From Glaucostegus cemiculus (Eukaryota): 64,000 nt of DNA. The notes under the pieces were generated by a model. It worked only from the letters and a program-made list of their open reading frames with translations, had not been told where the DNA came from and did no database searches. Shown piece after piece: positions 60,941-64,000 of the stretch. The translations under genes and the position numbers were made by a program. Numbering within the stretch: the first letter of the stretch is position 1; each line of letters opens with the position of its first letter. The DNA lies in contig CDPCPM010000054.1 of the NCBI GenBank assembly GCA_976551045.1, positions 14,880,001 to 14,944,000 of the forward strand. The letters are read 5' to 3'.

Positions 60941-61839
60941 CAATTCTGAATGCCTCTAACAGCTGTTGAGAATTGCTTGCAGCTTTTAGAGCTGGAAGCT
61001 GGGGTGGGGCTTTGCCAGCTATCAATGCTCTCAGAGAGGCTTTGGAAGGTAGGGCATCTTCACTATACTGCCAGAGGCTCTGCCGCCACTGAGACCTCAT
61101 CACTGGAGTCCTTGATGGTTTGTATATGTGTGTATTCAATGTTGTCCTCTCAAAATCCTGTGCATTCCCTGCTCCCTTCACGTAGAAAATGGTTGAGCTT
61201 TGACATAACTCCATCTGCCCACCTTGATTACTTAACCCTTTGTAGTCCTAGCCTGACAAAGCAGCAACTAGCATAGGGAAAGAAATAAGAATGAACATAC
61301 AGTCCAATACTGCGGATGAACCCCACTTACCTGCCAACATTGTCTTGTAATATTATATTTCTTTATTCACAGGATACAAATGTCATTGTTGGCTGTTTAT
61401 TGTGCATCCCAAATTGTCCTTCAACTGAATGAATTTTAGAACTCATTTCATGATTATTAGAGCATGCTTTGAATTCCTGGTCGAGTAACATAGTCTTAGG
61501 TCATCACTCTCCATTAAATAAGGACTGGAAATGATACTCTTGCATTTCCAGAGTATCCTTAGCTTCAGGATGAGAAAAGAATTCACATCTCCATGGGCAA
61601 TATTCTTGTTTCTGAGTCAGAACATGTAGTTTCAAGTTACCTTCCAGAGGGTTGTGCAGTGAAATCTAGATTGGCATTCCAATGCAGTGCTGTCAGAAGT
61701 GTCATTCTTCGGATGAGACATTGAACTGTCTACTCTCTCAAGTGGATATAAAATATCCCATGCCAATTATTTTGGAGCAAGAGTACTCCCCCTGATGTGC
61801 TGGGTCCAATATATTTAACTGTGACTATCACTAAACAGG

Positions 61840-63224
61840 CCTTCTCCACTCAAAGTGGAGAAGGAGGATTGTAAATTGGTAAATTAGTTTGTCATTGTCA
61901 CATGTATATAGGTACAGTGAAAAGCTTTGTTTTGCATGCCATCCATTCAGATCATTTCATCACATCAGAACATTGAGGTGGTACAAGGGAAAAGCAATAA
62001 CAGAATGGAGAATGAAGTGTTACAATTACAGAGAAAGTGCAATGCAGGCAGACAATAAGGTGCATGGCCATAATGAGGTAGATGTCCCTTATACAATGAC
62101 ATGGTCTGTGACCTCACATTCTACCTTGTGTGACCTTGCACCTATTGCACTGCACTTTCTCTGTAGCTGTGACACTTTATTCTGTGCTGTTACTGTTTTT
62201 ACTGTACTACTTCAATGCACTTTGTACTAACTCAATGTGTAATGAATTGACCTGTACGATTGGTTTGTAAGACAAGCTTTTCACCGTACCTCAGTACAAG
62301 TGACAATAATAAACTAATACCAATCTTATCATATTAGGGGATTGTTCAATAGTCTTATACCAATGGGATAGAAGCTGTCCTTGAGCCTGGTGGTACGTGC
62401 TTTCAGGCTTTTGTACCTTCTGCCCAATGTAAGGGGGGAGAAGAGAAAATGACTGGGGTTGGAGGTGTCTTTGATTATGCTGGCTGCTTTACCAAGGCAG
62501 CGAGAAGTGTAGACAGAGTCCATGGAGGGGAGGCTGGTTTCCATGATGTGCTGAGCTGTGTCCACAACTTTCTGCAGTTTCTTGCAGTCCCGGGCAGAGC
62601 AGTTGCCATACCAATCCATGGTGCTTCCAGATAGGATGTTTTCTGTGGTGCATCGATAAAAGTTGGTGAGGGTCAAAGGGGACATGTCAAAGCTCTTTTG
62701 CCTCCTGAGGAAGTAGAGGCACTGGTGCACTTTCTTGGCCATGGTATCTACGTGGTTGGATCAGGACACATTATTAGTGATGTCCACTCCATGGAACTTG
62801 AAGCTCTTACCTTCACAACCTCAGCACGGTTGATGTTAACAGGAGAGTGTGCACCACCCCACCCCACTTCCTGAAGTCAATGACCAGTTCCTTTGTTTTG
62901 CTGACATTGAGGGAAAGGCTGTTGTTGTGACACCATGCCACTCAGCTCTGTATCTCCTTCCTTTACTCCGACTCATTATTATTTGGATTCAGGGTAGTAT
63001 GGGAACCTCAAACATCACCGTCACACAAAGGCCCAGTGTAACCAATAGAAGGAGTGCAACACCTCCCAAACTACTCACCCACCTCCCCATCAGGCGCCTC
63101 CTGCCCCAGATGTGGAAAAGAGTCTGCAGGTCCCTCGCCTCATGAACCACCTCAGCACCAACAGAAGCAGTTTGGAAACGAGTCATCCTCAATCCCGAGG
63201 GACTGCCTAAGCAACAGGAGAATA
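61840..63224 (+). mobile_element. RTE-type LINE 3' end, interrupted by Rex1
   Basis: SKWRRR|IQG continuity across the Rex1 insert; C-terminal zinc-knuckle relic (SCPRCGK...VCRS); aaacagg on both flanks. Confidence 0.65.
61871..62984 (-). mobile_element. Rex1/Babar LINE 3' part containing an inverted second Rex1 tail (about 62085-62323, plus)
   Basis: ORF 62329-62742 LYFLRR...TNFYRCTTENILSG...WYGNCS...RLKDSFYP; ggatt on both flanks. Confidence 0.9.
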
Positions 63225-64000
63225 AAACAGGTGATCTATTCATGGAAGCTTGTTGTGCGTAAATTTGGTGCTGCCTTTCTAATTTTACAAAAGTGCCTAC
63301 ACTTCAGAAGTACTTTATTGGCTAAAAGCAGTTTGAGATATCTTGCAAAGGGTGTGAAATGCAAATCTGCCTTCTCTTCTCACTAGTAAGAAAGTCAAAA
63401 TGTTGTATCATAAAAGCTGAATTTCAAATCATTATAAAGTGGTGAACCTAATGACTCCCAGAGCAGCCGTGTTATTATAAAGCAGCGTATTGTGTAAGTC
63501 ATTGATGGTTGACCTGCTGGTGATCTGATATATACTTAACAAAGGACGGTTAGTCATTTAGGATTGCACATAGAGTCTAACTTACAATAGAGTGCTAGAA
63601 ACACAGTGTTTTACATTTCTTCTTTTATTGTAACTTTATTCAGTTCCACCCTTGAAGTGAAGACCATGTATGAAGTAAATATAAAATAGTTGAAAGCTCA
63701 CATCAAATATCAGAGGATCATTCCTTCTAGGATAGGAGTTATCTTAAAAACATTTTTTAAGCTTTCAAGTCTTAAACCTAGTGCCGAAGGTCTCAAACAC
63801 CTTTTCTTTCTTGGCTGTACAAAAGACGTCAATGATGAAGATCACTCTTGCCTTCAGGTTGCCAGCATAGTCTTTGATTGACTCACAAAAAGGGTATTTG
63901 AAGGTCAAGACTTCAAACTTGGCACAAATTTCAGTGACCCATGCCTGAAATGAATAATCATACAGACAGAGCTCTGTTCAAGGGACAAGATTGCCAGGTA

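Larger units (their letters stand above)
61600..63375 (+). mobile_element. Deu-domain SINE split by nested insertions (own sequence about 61600-61839 and 63225-63375)
   Basis: The 5' half ends cactaaacagg; the 3' half resumes aaacagg...gcttgttgtgcgtaaatttggtgctgcc...cacttcagaagtactttattggctaaaagc. Confidence 0.65.

Noticed and set aside
1-64000. Prokaryotic-type system (operon, CRISPR array, defence island)
   Set aside because: Vertebrate repeat landscape with no gene-dense ORFs and no regularly spaced repeat-spacer array.

Overview
This is eukaryotic, AT-rich, CpG-depleted DNA. The repeat families point to a cartilaginous fish, probably a ray or sawfish (inferred from remembered repeat consensus motifs, not from a database search). 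The window looks intronic or intergenic. I recognise no host protein-coding gene, and nearly all meaningful ORFs are decayed retrotransposon fragments. LINE content: CR1 (two long RT-bearing copies at 5.2-6.8 kb and 36.2-38.8 kb plus many 3' ends), Rex1/Babar, L2, RTE and a second older CR1-group LINE. Penelope-like elements (PLE) appear as GIY-YIG C-termini and tail-to-tail palindromes with hammerhead-ribozyme-like cores. SINE content: HE1/V-SINEs, Deu-domain SINEs and another tRNA-SINE. Main observations from reading the sequence: (1) three probable solo LTRs within 14 kb, two from one family, all on the minus strand; (2) PLE ends with recurrent non-canonical hammerhead cores (CUGAUGC in six copies, CAGAUGA in two); (3) a V-SINE carrying a Rex1-type 3' tail instead of the CR1-type tail; (4) a four-layer nested insertion; (5) an isolated G-U-rich 24-bp hairpin; (6) a few weak splice-site-bounded exon candidates. 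I found no evidence of a clearly novel protein-coding system. Boundaries of old repeats are approximate.
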